Positions 1 through 8,594 of a stretch of DNA of 37,165 nt are shown one piece after another. The notes below the pieces were generated by a model. It searched no databases. It saw nothing but the letters and a program-made list of their open reading frames with translations, and was not told the DNA's origin. The stretch is from NCBI GenBank assembly GCA_032250645.1, contig JAVVFN010000001.1:1-37165 (forward strand), read 5' to 3'. This DNA comes from Methanomicrobiaceae archaeon. GTDB taxonomy: Archaea > Halobacteriota > Methanomicrobia > Methanomicrobiales > Methanomicrobiaceae. The position numbers and the translations under genes are program-made. The number at the start of each line of letters is the position of its first letter. Position 1 is the first letter of the stretch.

Positions 1-623
1 GCGGGGTGATCGGGGAGCACTGGACCGGAAGCGCGCGGGATCACAACAATGCTGTCTACCTCACCATCTCCACCGGCATTGGCGGCGGGGTCATGGTCGA
101 CGGCCGCCCCATCTTTGGGAGGGGAGGGAATGCAGGAGAAATCGGGCATCTCTTTGTGGATGACAGCTATCACCTGCGCTGCCGCTGCGGAGAGACCGGA
201 CACTGGGAGGCCTATGCGGCAGGGGGAAGTCTGCCGAAGTTCTATGCGATCTTTTGCAGCGCGAACGGGTATCCGGTACCGGAGAGGCGGGCGGTGAATA
301 CAGAGGAAATATTTGAGGCGGCAGCTGGAGGAGATCGCGCGGTGCTGGCATTCATGGATATGCTGGGGAAGATCAATGCACGCGGAGTATCTGATGTGGT
401 GGTGGCATTTGATCCAGAGATCATCATCCTTGACGGAGGGGTGGGCCGGAACCAGAGTGAGAGGATCATCAGTTCTCTCTCCCCCTATCTTGACGAGTAT
501 CTCAACCCTCCTCCCATCAGACGGACAGTGCTTGATGGCAACGCGCCGCTTCTCGGGGCTGCAAGGTCTGTATTCGAGGCATTCGGCCGCTCGAACCAAA
601 GGTTCTTAAGTCTTCCCCCGTGA
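1..623 (+). CDS. ROK family sugar kinase/regulator, C-terminal part (5' end outside window)
   Basis: The frame is open from the window edge. It shows ROK signatures: TISTGIGGG..., GNAGEIGH, and the Zn-binding Cys/His cluster CRCGETGHWEAYA. Confidence 0.8.
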   Translation, partial: GVIGEHWTGSARDHNNAVYLTISTGIGGGVMVDGRPIFGRGGNAGEIGHLFVDDSYHLRCRCGETGHWEAYAAGGSLPKFYAIFCSANGYPVPERRAVNTEEIFEAAAGGDRAVLAFMDMLGKINARGVSDVVVAFDPEIIILDGGVGRNQSERIISSLSPYLDEYLNPPPIRRTVLDGNAPLLGAARSVFEAFGRSNQRFLSLPP

Positions 624-624
624 G

Positions 625-1869
625 TTGTACTCCGGTGACCATTTGGCCTTGGATCAGGAGGACGCACTGACAGACCAGGAATACTATGAGGCGATCACAG
701 AGATAGGGAACCGGATCAGAGAAGGGGTGATCGCCGCGCTGTCCCACGCCGGACCTGAGGAAAGCAGCAGGGCAGAGGCCGCCATTGAGGAGCTTTTAGC
801 GTTCGGTTCGATTAGCGACCTTTTCTGCGCCCTCCAGCACGCCGAACCCCTCCGAAAGGAACGTGCAGTCCGTGTCCTCAAAAATTTTCAGGACCATGTG
901 ATCCTCCCTCTCCTTGCGCTGGTGGAGGAGAGTGAGGAGGTCCGCACGGAGATCGACCGGCTCTTTGCGCCCTACGTGGGAGATGCGCTCGATCCCCTCA
1001 TCAAAGCCTTAAAAGCGGGAAATGGGGTGGAAGACGCGACCATCAACCTCTTTGTCCAGGGAATGCTGCATGGGACCCGCGAGTCACGGATCCATGCCGC
1101 CCAGACGCTGGCCCAGATGGGCGAGGTGGCAGTGCCCTCCCTGATCAGGATCCTCCGCGATGCCCCGACCGATGAGAAATTCCTTGCAGGAGGGACCCTG
1201 ATGATCATCGGGCCGGCAGCGGCCCAGCCCCTTGTCGCGGTCCTCCAGGAAGGGGAAGAGGAAGCAAAAGAGATCGCAGCCCGGACACTGGTCCAGCTGG
1301 GGTCCGATGCGATCGGGCCCGTGATCGGGGGGCCCTGGAGGCATGACCCTGATTATCGCTTCTTCGCGGTGATCATTCTTGCCCAGATCGGGGGCCCGGC
1401 AATTGATCCTCTCATCAGCGAGGTGAGGCGAGACGGCCCTGAGATGGAGACCTTCGCAGGGAGTGTCCTCCTCACGATGGAAGAGTCTGCTGCCTCCTTC
1501 CTCCTTCCTATTCTTCGAGATCCCGATCCTGCTGTGAGGGACTTTGTGGGGAATGTTCTCATCCAGATGGGGAAGGCAGCGGTGGACCCGCTCATGCAGG
1601 AATTCTTCGATCCCCGGGCTTCTGAAGAGGACCAGATCTTCATCTCGATGCTGCTCTCTGAGATGGGGAGCTGTGCGGTCGAGCCCCTGGTCAGAATCCT
1701 CCGGGAAGGGACCAGGGAGGAGAAGATCATTGCCTGTTATGCCCTCTCCCAGGTGGGAACCCCGGCAAAGATCCCCCTTGAGAGGCTTGGCGAAGCGCAA
1801 AAGGATCTTTCGGACTTCACCAGATACGCACTGCGCAGGATCGAGGAGCATGAGAAGAGGGAGGGCTAA
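625..1869 (+). CDS. HEAT/PBS-lyase-like repeat protein
   Basis: 414-aa ORF with repeated ~30-aa helical units (A..LAQMGE.AV.PLI..L.D...) typical of HEAT_2/PBS lyase repeats. The listed start is TTG, so the true start is uncertain. The 3' end overlaps the convergent permease gene by 4 nt. Confidence 0.65.
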   Translation: MYSGDHLALDQEDALTDQEYYEAITEIGNRIREGVIAALSHAGPEESSRAEAAIEELLAFGSISDLFCALQHAEPLRKERAVRVLKNFQDHVILPLLALVEESEEVRTEIDRLFAPYVGDALDPLIKALKAGNGVEDATINLFVQGMLHGTRESRIHAAQTLAQMGEVAVPSLIRILRDAPTDEKFLAGGTLMIIGPAAAQPLVAVLQEGEEEAKEIAARTLVQLGSDAIGPVIGGPWRHDPDYRFFAVIILAQIGGPAIDPLISEVRRDGPEMETFAGSVLLTMEESAASFLLPILRDPDPAVRDFVGNVLIQMGKAAVDPLMQEFFDPRASEEDQIFISMLLSEMGSCAVEPLVRILREGTREEKIIACYALSQVGTPAKIPLERLGEAQKDLSDFTRYALRRIEEHEKREG

Positions 1870-3281
1870 TATCCCTTCATCTCGACCAGATCCCATTTTT
1901 TCATTGCCGAGCCCAGCAGGTACAGGGCTGCCGGGATAAGGAGGAGCGCTGCCAACACCTGCAGCGGACTTCCCAGAGAGATAAAGATGAGTACGAGCAG
2001 GACCGGCCCTATCGCAGCGAAATAGAGGAAAAATACCCGCACGTCATAGAGCATGACATTGGGCTGGAGCCCGGTGAGCCGGACGGTGACGCCGAGCGCA
2101 TAAAAGGAGACCGAGAAGAACGCGATCATTGCAGGGAGGAGTGAGGAGGTCGTTTTCGAGAAGAGAGAAAGCAGGATCAGCATGACTGCCGGGAGACTCG
2201 AGAGGAGGAGATAGCTCTCCAGTTTACTCCTGAGGATCTCCGATGTCCTGACCGGGAGAAATGCGTATGCGCTGAGGCTGTCGAACTCACAGAGCCAGTT
2301 GAACATGGAGGAAGCAATGATTCCGAGCAGGATGGCGAAGATGATCAGCACGTCCACCCCCGGGATGAACCTGAGCAGGACGGAGAAGAAGATCCAGATC
2401 AGGACAACGGGAAATATGAAGGAGAAGATGATCTTCCCGAGTCCGCCCTCGCTCCGGTGAAGATCGATTGCGTCCTTGGCCACGAGATGCGGGGAGGAGA
2501 GCCAGGAGAGTCTCCGGGTAAGGATCAATAGAAGCGCAGGATAGTGTTTTGCATCTTCCGGGTAGTCGGTGACCAGGAAGAGGATCGAGACGGCGGAGGG
2601 GGCGATGATGAGAAGCAGGGAGGCGAGGAGCGGGGCAGGAGCGGGGTCGAGGAAGAATGCGACCGGCGGGAGCATGGCACTGAGCGGGATCGCCTGCACC
2701 CGGGTGAGAAACAGGGCGAGGATCGCGGCTCCTGCAAGGGCGGCTGCAAATAATCCCCTGCTCCGGGCATAGATGGTGGAGAAGAGGAAGACCATCGCAA
2801 GGCCGATCAGGAAGGCAAGGGATACCGTGAGCAGGAGCAGGAGGACAACTTGCGGATCAACCTCCAGAAATGGGGAGGCGAGCCCGAATCCTGCCACAAA
2901 CGGGATGATCCAGAGGAAAAAGTAATAGATGATATCCTTGATGAAGAAATTGAAGAAGATATTCCGCTCGGTCACCGGGAGGGTGCGGGAAGAGTATGCG
3001 AGCAGGCTCGCCTGTCCGAACCTGCGGTTCATGAACTCTCTCCCCATGATCCCGAACGAGCCCACCATTACCCCGATCAACGAAAAGAGCCCGTGGAGCA
3101 GAAGGGCGATCTGCGCGGCAGGAACGATCGAGAGAAAGAGCGGGAGGATGAACGATCCCATCCACGCAAACCCGAGAACGAGGAGGGGGAAGAGGGCAAA
3201 GCCCACCGTCCCGAAGATCGTCGCATGGATCCGCCATTCCTCCCTGATCATCGGCACCAGCAGTGTGAACATCCGGATCAC
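1866..3281 (-). CDS. Polytopic membrane protein, putative ABC transporter permease partner
   Basis: 471 aa, very hydrophobic with many predicted TM helices. The GTG start overlaps the stop of the upstream ABC ATPase by 4 nt (GTGA). An alternative ATG lies at 3272. Confidence 0.7.
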   Translation of the reverse strand: MIRMFTLLVPMIREEWRIHATIFGTVGFALFPLLVLGFAWMGSFILPLFLSIVPAAQIALLLHGLFSLIGVMVGSFGIMGREFMNRRFGQASLLAYSSRTLPVTERNIFFNFFIKDIIYYFFLWIIPFVAGFGLASPFLEVDPQVVLLLLLTVSLAFLIGLAMVFLFSTIYARSRGLFAAALAGAAILALFLTRVQAIPLSAMLPPVAFFLDPAPAPLLASLLLIIAPSAVSILFLVTDYPEDAKHYPALLLILTRRLSWLSSPHLVAKDAIDLHRSEGGLGKIIFSFIFPVVLIWIFFSVLLRFIPGVDVLIIFAILLGIIASSMFNWLCEFDSLSAYAFLPVRTSEILRSKLESYLLLSSLPAVMLILLSLFSKTTSSLLPAMIAFFSVSFYALGVTVRLTGLQPNVMLYDVRVFFLYFAAIGPVLLVLIFISLGSPLQVLAALLLIPAALYLLGSAMKKWDLVEMKGY

Positions 3282-4030
3282 CTCTTCTGGTGGACGAGGG
3301 AGAGGAAGAAGGCCTCAAGGGACGTCTCCTTCGATCGGAGGTCGCCGATGGAACCGTCAAAGAGGATCGATCCCTGGTGGATGATGCCGACACGGGTGCA
3401 GATCTCTTCTGCGATCTCGAGGATATGCGTGGAGAGAAAGACAGTCCCGCCATCCTTCACGTAGTCCCCCAGAAAGTCCTTCACCTTCCGCTGCATGATC
3501 GGGTCAAGGTTGATGAGCGGCTCGTCGATGAACACGAGCTTTGGCTGGTGGAGAAATGCCTGTGCAAACATCAGCTTCTGCCGCGTCCCGCGGGAGAGAT
3601 CCTTGCAGAGTACATCCTTCTTATCCTCGAACTCCAGAAACCGGAACCACCGGTCCCCGCCTCCATCCGCATCGGGGATGTTGCGGACCCTCGCCACGAA
3701 CTGCAGGTACTCTTCTGCGGTGAGAAAGCTCGGAGGGGTCTCCTGCTCAGGGATGATGCCGACCCTCTCCCTGATCTCCACCGGGTGCTCCTCAATGGAA
3801 AGGCCGGTGACCCGAGCGGTCCCCCGGGTCGGCCTGATCTGCCCGGTGAGCAGCCGGATCATGGTGGTCTTTCCGGAGCCGTTCGGACCCAGAAGGCCGA
3901 ACAGCTCTCCTTTTGCAATATTGAGCGTGATATCACGCACGGCAGTGACGGCGTCGTATTCCTTGGTAAGATGTGAGATCTCGACGATGGGCAGGATATT
4001 ATTACCTCCTTCATTGCGAGAGAATGTCAC
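3278..4030 (-). CDS. ABC transporter ATP-binding protein
   Basis: Walker A GPNGSGKTT, signature-like LSRGTRQKL, Walker B LVFIDEPLINLD, and H-loop STH. GTG start. Confidence 0.9.
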   Translation of the reverse strand: MTFSRNEGGNNILPIVEISHLTKEYDAVTAVRDITLNIAKGELFGLLGPNGSGKTTMIRLLTGQIRPTRGTARVTGLSIEEHPVEIRERVGIIPEQETPPSFLTAEEYLQFVARVRNIPDADGGGDRWFRFLEFEDKKDVLCKDLSRGTRQKLMFAQAFLHQPKLVFIDEPLINLDPIMQRKVKDFLGDYVKDGGTVFLSTHILEIAEEICTRVGIIHQGSILFDGSIGDLRSKETSLEAFFLSLVHQKR

Positions 4031-4095
4031 GAGTTTTCCAGAAGGGAGGTTGATTTTGGATTTACAATATCATTTTGTTTCTTTGAGGTACCGGG

Positions 4096-4587
4096 TTAGA
4101 GATATGCGGACTGGATCTCCACCACTTCCGCACTGTCCTCTGCGGCCGCATACTCCCGGAGGGGATCACGGTTCACTTCCAAAAAACGCAGTCCCCAGGA
4201 AAATCGTGATAGGATCTCTGTTGCCTGCGTCTCTTCTCCTGTGATGAAGAGGGCGGCGGCAAATGCCTCCACGGAGGTGAGCCGCAGGGGCCTCCCGAAG
4301 TTCACCGGGTTGGCAGCAACAAGGAACGGGAGCGCACGCCGGTGACGCAATCTCTCTCTCGGGATGCGCTCAAGCACTTCCCAGGAGCAGTCGAGGGCGG
4401 TGATCGAAGGGAGAGATCGGTCCTGCGGGGAGAGGGCCTTTGTTGCGGTGGGGTCAAGGAGGAGGGTGCTGGGGGGTATCCTGGAGAGAGAGCGGAGGAT
4501 GGTGACCAGTCCGTCCCTGGCGAGCCGGCGGGCAGTGCACTTCCGGGGGTCACAGGAATTGTCTCGATAGGCATAGAGGGGCTTCAT
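4096..4587 (-). CDS. tsr3: 16S rRNA aminocarboxypropyltransferase Tsr3 (DUF367 family)
   Basis: MKPLYAYRDNSCDPRKCTARRL..., LDCSW, and ANPVNFGRPLRLTSVEAFAAAL motifs typical of Tsr3. I chose the ATG at 4587 over the TTG-extended listed ORF start at 4626. Confidence 0.85.
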   Translation of the reverse strand: MKPLYAYRDNSCDPRKCTARRLARDGLVTILRSLSRIPPSTLLLDPTATKALSPQDRSLPSITALDCSWEVLERIPRERLRHRRALPFLVAANPVNFGRPLRLTSVEAFAAALFITGEETQATEILSRFSWGLRFLEVNRDPLREYAAAEDSAEVVEIQSAYL

Positions 4588-4755
4588 CGAAAGGACCAGT
4601 GTGATCGTGGGTTCGTGGGCCGCCAAAATAAATTATTGCCCCTGATCATGAGCCTCCTTTTGCACCGGCTCTCTCGTTCTTTGTGGAGGGGAATTCCTTC
4701 ACTTTCGCTCCTTCCAGAGAATAGCTCAAATGGGAGGGGCAGCTAACCATCTCTG

Positions 4756-5637
4756 GTGAAGGATCCGGATACGATATTCCATTCTTATACCGATCACAGG
4801 CCCGGCCCCGGATACGTCCTGGCCTGCCCCTGCATCGAGGACCCCTCGCTCAGGGCACGCGGGATCACCCGCAAAGAGGACCGTTCCCTGTTTGCGCTGG
4901 CAATGGAACGGTGCAGCCGGTTCGGGGTAGAGATGGTCTTCCTGCGTTGCCTTGAGACCGAGTACTGCGGGTGGGAGAGGGAACCGGCCGGTTTTCTTGA
5001 GAGGCTGGATACCGCCGAATTCTCCCGGCTGATGGACGAACACGAAAGAGAGGTGCGGGAATTGGTCGCGGCTCGGGGGCCGCCGATGCTGATGATAGGG
5101 GTGGATGCCTCCCCGACCTGCGGCGTGAACGCCACCCACCGCGGGAAAGAGAGGGAGAGGGGAAGAGGAGCATTCTTCTCGAGATTTTCCGATATTCCGG
5201 CGATGGACGTGGCAGATTTTGCTCGATTTCGTGTGTACTTCGCCGCACCCCTCTTCTCCGAGGCAGAGCGGGATTTCAACCGGAAAGTTGCAGCTCTCCT
5301 CTCTGATCACCTCTTCACGGTCTATCTCCCGCAGGAATTTGGCGATACCCGCCACATGCGGCATGCACAGGAACATGCCGCCGTCTTCTCCCGCCATATC
5401 GCCGCACTGGATGCCGCAGATATCATCGTTGCGGTGGTGGACGGGGCAGACGCCGATTCGGGGACTGCCTGGGAGATGGGATATGCGTCTGCCAGCGGAA
5501 AAAAGGTCATCTCTCTCCGTACTGACTTTCGATCGGTCGGAGAGCACGAACGGGTCAACCTGATGCTCGAGCAGTCTTCAGTGGTGGTCGGGGATCTCCA
5601 GGAACTCCTGCGCATCCTCCCCTCTCCCCGTATCTGA
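4756..5637 (+). CDS. Fusion protein: N-terminal Cys-containing DUF523/TudS-like domain plus C-terminal nucleoside 2-deoxyribosyltransferase-like domain
   Basis: The C-terminal half has YFAAPLFSEAERDFN..., DGADADSGTAWEMGYA and GKKVI..R.D, as in the PF05014 NDT/Rcl-like fold. The N-terminal half has three spaced Cys motifs (VLACPC, LRCLETEYCGWEREPA, DASPTCG) that resemble the three-Cys [4Fe-4S] site of DUF523. GTG start. Confidence 0.55.
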   Translation: MKDPDTIFHSYTDHRPGPGYVLACPCIEDPSLRARGITRKEDRSLFALAMERCSRFGVEMVFLRCLETEYCGWEREPAGFLERLDTAEFSRLMDEHEREVRELVAARGPPMLMIGVDASPTCGVNATHRGKERERGRGAFFSRFSDIPAMDVADFARFRVYFAAPLFSEAERDFNRKVAALLSDHLFTVYLPQEFGDTRHMRHAQEHAAVFSRHIAALDAADIIVAVVDGADADSGTAWEMGYASASGKKVISLRTDFRSVGEHERVNLMLEQSSVVVGDLQELLRILPSPRI

Positions 5638-5657
5638 TCTCCTTGGTGAAAAGTGGA

Positions 5658-8141
5658 TCAGGTCCCGCGGGGAAACGTGAACCTGAATGCCGCGCCATGC
5701 TCGGGATGACCGGCGATCCTGTCAGAGACGGCAATGAACCCGCCATATCGTTTCACCAGCATCCGGACGATGTAGAGGCCCAATCCTTTCCCGCTCTTTT
5801 TACTCTCGCCGCGCCCAAAACGCTCGAATATTTTATTCTTCTCTGCGTCCGATATCCCGGGCCCCGTATCTTCCACCGTCACCTCGATCAGGTCACCTGC
5901 AGGCTGGACCCTCAGGAAAATCTCCACCTCGTCTCCCCCATACTTGATGCTGTTTCCGACCAGGTTGGCAAAGATCTCGTGAACCAGATCATCTGCCATG
6001 ACCTTATACCCGGTGGGGGTGTAATGGATGCGGACGCCAGGGTGCTGCGCAATCTCCCGCAGGATCAGGTCATCAAGATCCATGGACTTTAGGACCGGTC
6101 TCTCCTCGTGGAGCCTCCGGATGGTGGAGACGTGCTCGGTGATCTCGACAGTCCGGCGCACGCTCTCCATCAGCTTATCCGCAAACTCGCGGGGCTCGCC
6201 TTCCAGCATCTCCCTGAGCATGTCGGCATACATGATGGAGACGGTGGTGGCGTTCTTGATATCATGGGACATGATGTCGAGGTACAGGTTTGCCTTCTCG
6301 TAGCTGTCCTTGAGGGCCTGCTGGAGCAGCATCTTGTCGATCGCAGCCCCGAATTCCCTCCCAATAGCCTCCAGGGTCCGGGATTCAAATTCCTGGAGCG
6401 ACCTGCCATCTGAAACGAGGACCATCCCTCCCACTGGAGTATTTCCCGCCTTCAGCGGTATCCAGTTGATCACTCCTTCCGAATCGAGCACTTCGCATAC
6501 ACGCTCCCCGTTCACGAAGATCCTCCCGAAGAGGGCATGATCAGGCCTCAGGACGGGGGGGAGCGGGATCCCGTCTTCCTCCTCTCCCACGATGCACCTC
6601 CTCTCCGCATACCCGGCATCAGGGTTGAGCAAGTAGACCGCACCTCTCTTTGCGTGGATGTGAAAGAGGGTCTTTTCAAGGATAGTCGCGGTAAGCGCCT
6701 CGATGGACGATGCATTTCCCGCAGATGTGATGACCTCATTGATGATGGAGAGCTGACGGTTCCGGTCCGAGATATCGATCTCCCTGTTCTTCTGCGCAAT
6801 CGCGTTTCCAATGGAATCGGTCACGGTCTTGAGGGCCTCGATCTCCGCATTTGCCCACTCTCGTTCATTCCGGCAGGAGTCAAACCCGATATACCCCCAG
6901 CACCGTTCCTGCACGAAGATAGGGATGATGGCGAATGTGCGGATATGAAAGCCTGCAAAGGCGATTGCTTCGTTGGGGGGGAGCTTTGCAGTTGTTCCCA
7001 CGAGGATATGACCGAGAGCAAGCGCGGATTTCCACGGGGCCAGATCCTCCCGTGACCAGAGGGTGATGGAGGCGGGGTGGGCATCTGAGGCAGAATATTC
7101 GGCCCCGGAGATCCATTCCCAGTAGCGCGGGGCAGTCGCCTCTTCCATGATATAGACCCTGTCGACACCGGTACCGGGCCCGAGGGTGTCCAGTACCTCC
7201 CCGATCGCCTCTTCCCAGTCGGCACTCTTGAGAAGCGTCCCTGAGGCCCTCATCACGGATTCAAAAAGCCCGTCCCTCCGGGCCAGCGTATCCTCCATGC
7301 CCCGCAGTTCGGTGGCTGCAGCGATCATCTCCCCTGCGACCCTGAGAAGCGGGAGGGCGGCCGAAACAGTCCTGCTGTCGGCAGATTCGAAACTGAGAAA
7401 GCCCTTCATCGAAGAACCGAGCACCGGCACCACCACCGTCTCTTCCTCATGCCCCGGGTGCAGTGTGTGCACGGCACCGATCTTCCGCATCCGTTCTGCC
7501 GTCCACGAAAAATCGAACATTGCAACGCCAGGAGGGAGGGTCGAGGGATGTGCCGAGTCACTGGACCACGCCAGCTCCCTTCGCGAACCTGCGTCACCCT
7601 CTCCTGAAAGAAAGAGCCTGCAACGGGACGACCCGGTCCTCCTGGCCAGTTCCTCGACGATCTCCTGTACCCTCTCCCCGAGCGGCCCGGTCACGCCTGA
7701 GAGTATGGAACCCGATATGGTGGTTATCAGGCCTTCGATGGCATTCTTTCTTCCCAGCGCATACTCCTTCCCGGAGATCTCCCTGAATGCGAAGACCCTC
7801 CCCTCCCCTTCAGAACCGGTCTGGAGGGGGGATGCAGATATCTCCACCCATCGCTCTTCCGGGCCCGGAGTTTTAAGCGGAGCGATGATGGGCCCTCCTC
7901 CGGAGAGGAGCAGGTCCAGCTGCTCTTCCGGGATCTCCGGGACCAGGGACCTGATCAGGAATCGTAAAGAAGCCCCTTCGAGCTTGCGTCCGTCCTCACC
8001 GCTCAACTGCTCCATCGCCCGGTTGATCCAGCATACTGTCCCTTCGGCAGATGACCCCAGCATGGGGATGCCAAGCTTCTCGCAGTACTGGAACAGCGCA
8101 GAACGTTCATCATGGTCGCGGCGGAAAGGCTCTTCTGACAA
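5658..8141 (-). CDS. Multi-domain sensor histidine kinase (PAS/GAF sensor domains, HisKA-like, HATPase_c)
   Basis: H-box DIMSHDIKNATT, N-box NLVGNSIKYG, G-boxes EDTGPGI and GKGLGLYIV. The N-terminal region is PAS- and GAF-like. The listed start is TTG at 8141; the first ATG is at 8063. Confidence 0.85.
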   Translation of the reverse strand: MSEEPFRRDHDERSALFQYCEKLGIPMLGSSAEGTVCWINRAMEQLSGEDGRKLEGASLRFLIRSLVPEIPEEQLDLLLSGGGPIIAPLKTPGPEERWVEISASPLQTGSEGEGRVFAFREISGKEYALGRKNAIEGLITTISGSILSGVTGPLGERVQEIVEELARRTGSSRCRLFLSGEGDAGSRRELAWSSDSAHPSTLPPGVAMFDFSWTAERMRKIGAVHTLHPGHEEETVVVPVLGSSMKGFLSFESADSRTVSAALPLLRVAGEMIAAATELRGMEDTLARRDGLFESVMRASGTLLKSADWEEAIGEVLDTLGPGTGVDRVYIMEEATAPRYWEWISGAEYSASDAHPASITLWSREDLAPWKSALALGHILVGTTAKLPPNEAIAFAGFHIRTFAIIPIFVQERCWGYIGFDSCRNEREWANAEIEALKTVTDSIGNAIAQKNREIDISDRNRQLSIINEVITSAGNASSIEALTATILEKTLFHIHAKRGAVYLLNPDAGYAERRCIVGEEEDGIPLPPVLRPDHALFGRIFVNGERVCEVLDSEGVINWIPLKAGNTPVGGMVLVSDGRSLQEFESRTLEAIGREFGAAIDKMLLQQALKDSYEKANLYLDIMSHDIKNATTVSIMYADMLREMLEGEPREFADKLMESVRRTVEITEHVSTIRRLHEERPVLKSMDLDDLILREIAQHPGVRIHYTPTGYKVMADDLVHEIFANLVGNSIKYGGDEVEIFLRVQPAGDLIEVTVEDTGPGISDAEKNKIFERFGRGESKKSGKGLGLYIVRMLVKRYGGFIAVSDRIAGHPEHGAAFRFTFPRGT

Positions 8142-8494
8142 ACCAGCGTCTCCGTAAATATATAGCTGGTATTTCAGCGGGCCTCCTCTTATATATATTC
8201 TTTTTCAGGACCGACAATCGGGCAAATGCTCTCTTGCACGGAAGAATAGCAGGAAGAAAAGATAGGGCAAGCCCCTCCGGATGTATTCGAGGTGTTTTCA
8301 CATGGAGGGGTGGTAGAGGTCATATCAGCCGGGAGAGGCACTGCCCGTTCTCCTGACGCAGAGGGTCCGGATTGCGTGTGTGTGTGAAACCATGGATCTC
8401 CGGTCTTCGTTTCCCCTTCGAAGGCCTTGGAGAGTTGTGTATGCCAACCCTTTCTGCAGCCCCAGTATCCCTGAGGTACGCAGATACGTTATCC

Positions 8495-8518
8495 AGAGTA
8501 ATATATAAATATTACTCT
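8495..8518. promoter_or_regulatory. Perfect 10-bp inverted repeat (AGAGTAATAT-ATAA-ATATTACTCT) embedding a TATA-like TATATAAATA
   Basis: Read directly from the sequence. It lies 77 nt upstream of the ATG of the wHTH-PAS gene at 8595. Confidence 0.45.
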
Positions 8519-8594
8519 CAATGCCATGCATTGAAATAAGCAATAAACTGTGCACCAAACGAAATCGATATCTGTACCCGTGGTGTAAATCTTT

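Noticed and set aside
4726-5547. 273-aa minus-strand ORF
   Set aside because: It is antisense to the NDT-like fusion gene, which has clear domain motifs. It has no motifs of its own and an Arg/Gly/Pro-rich shadow composition.
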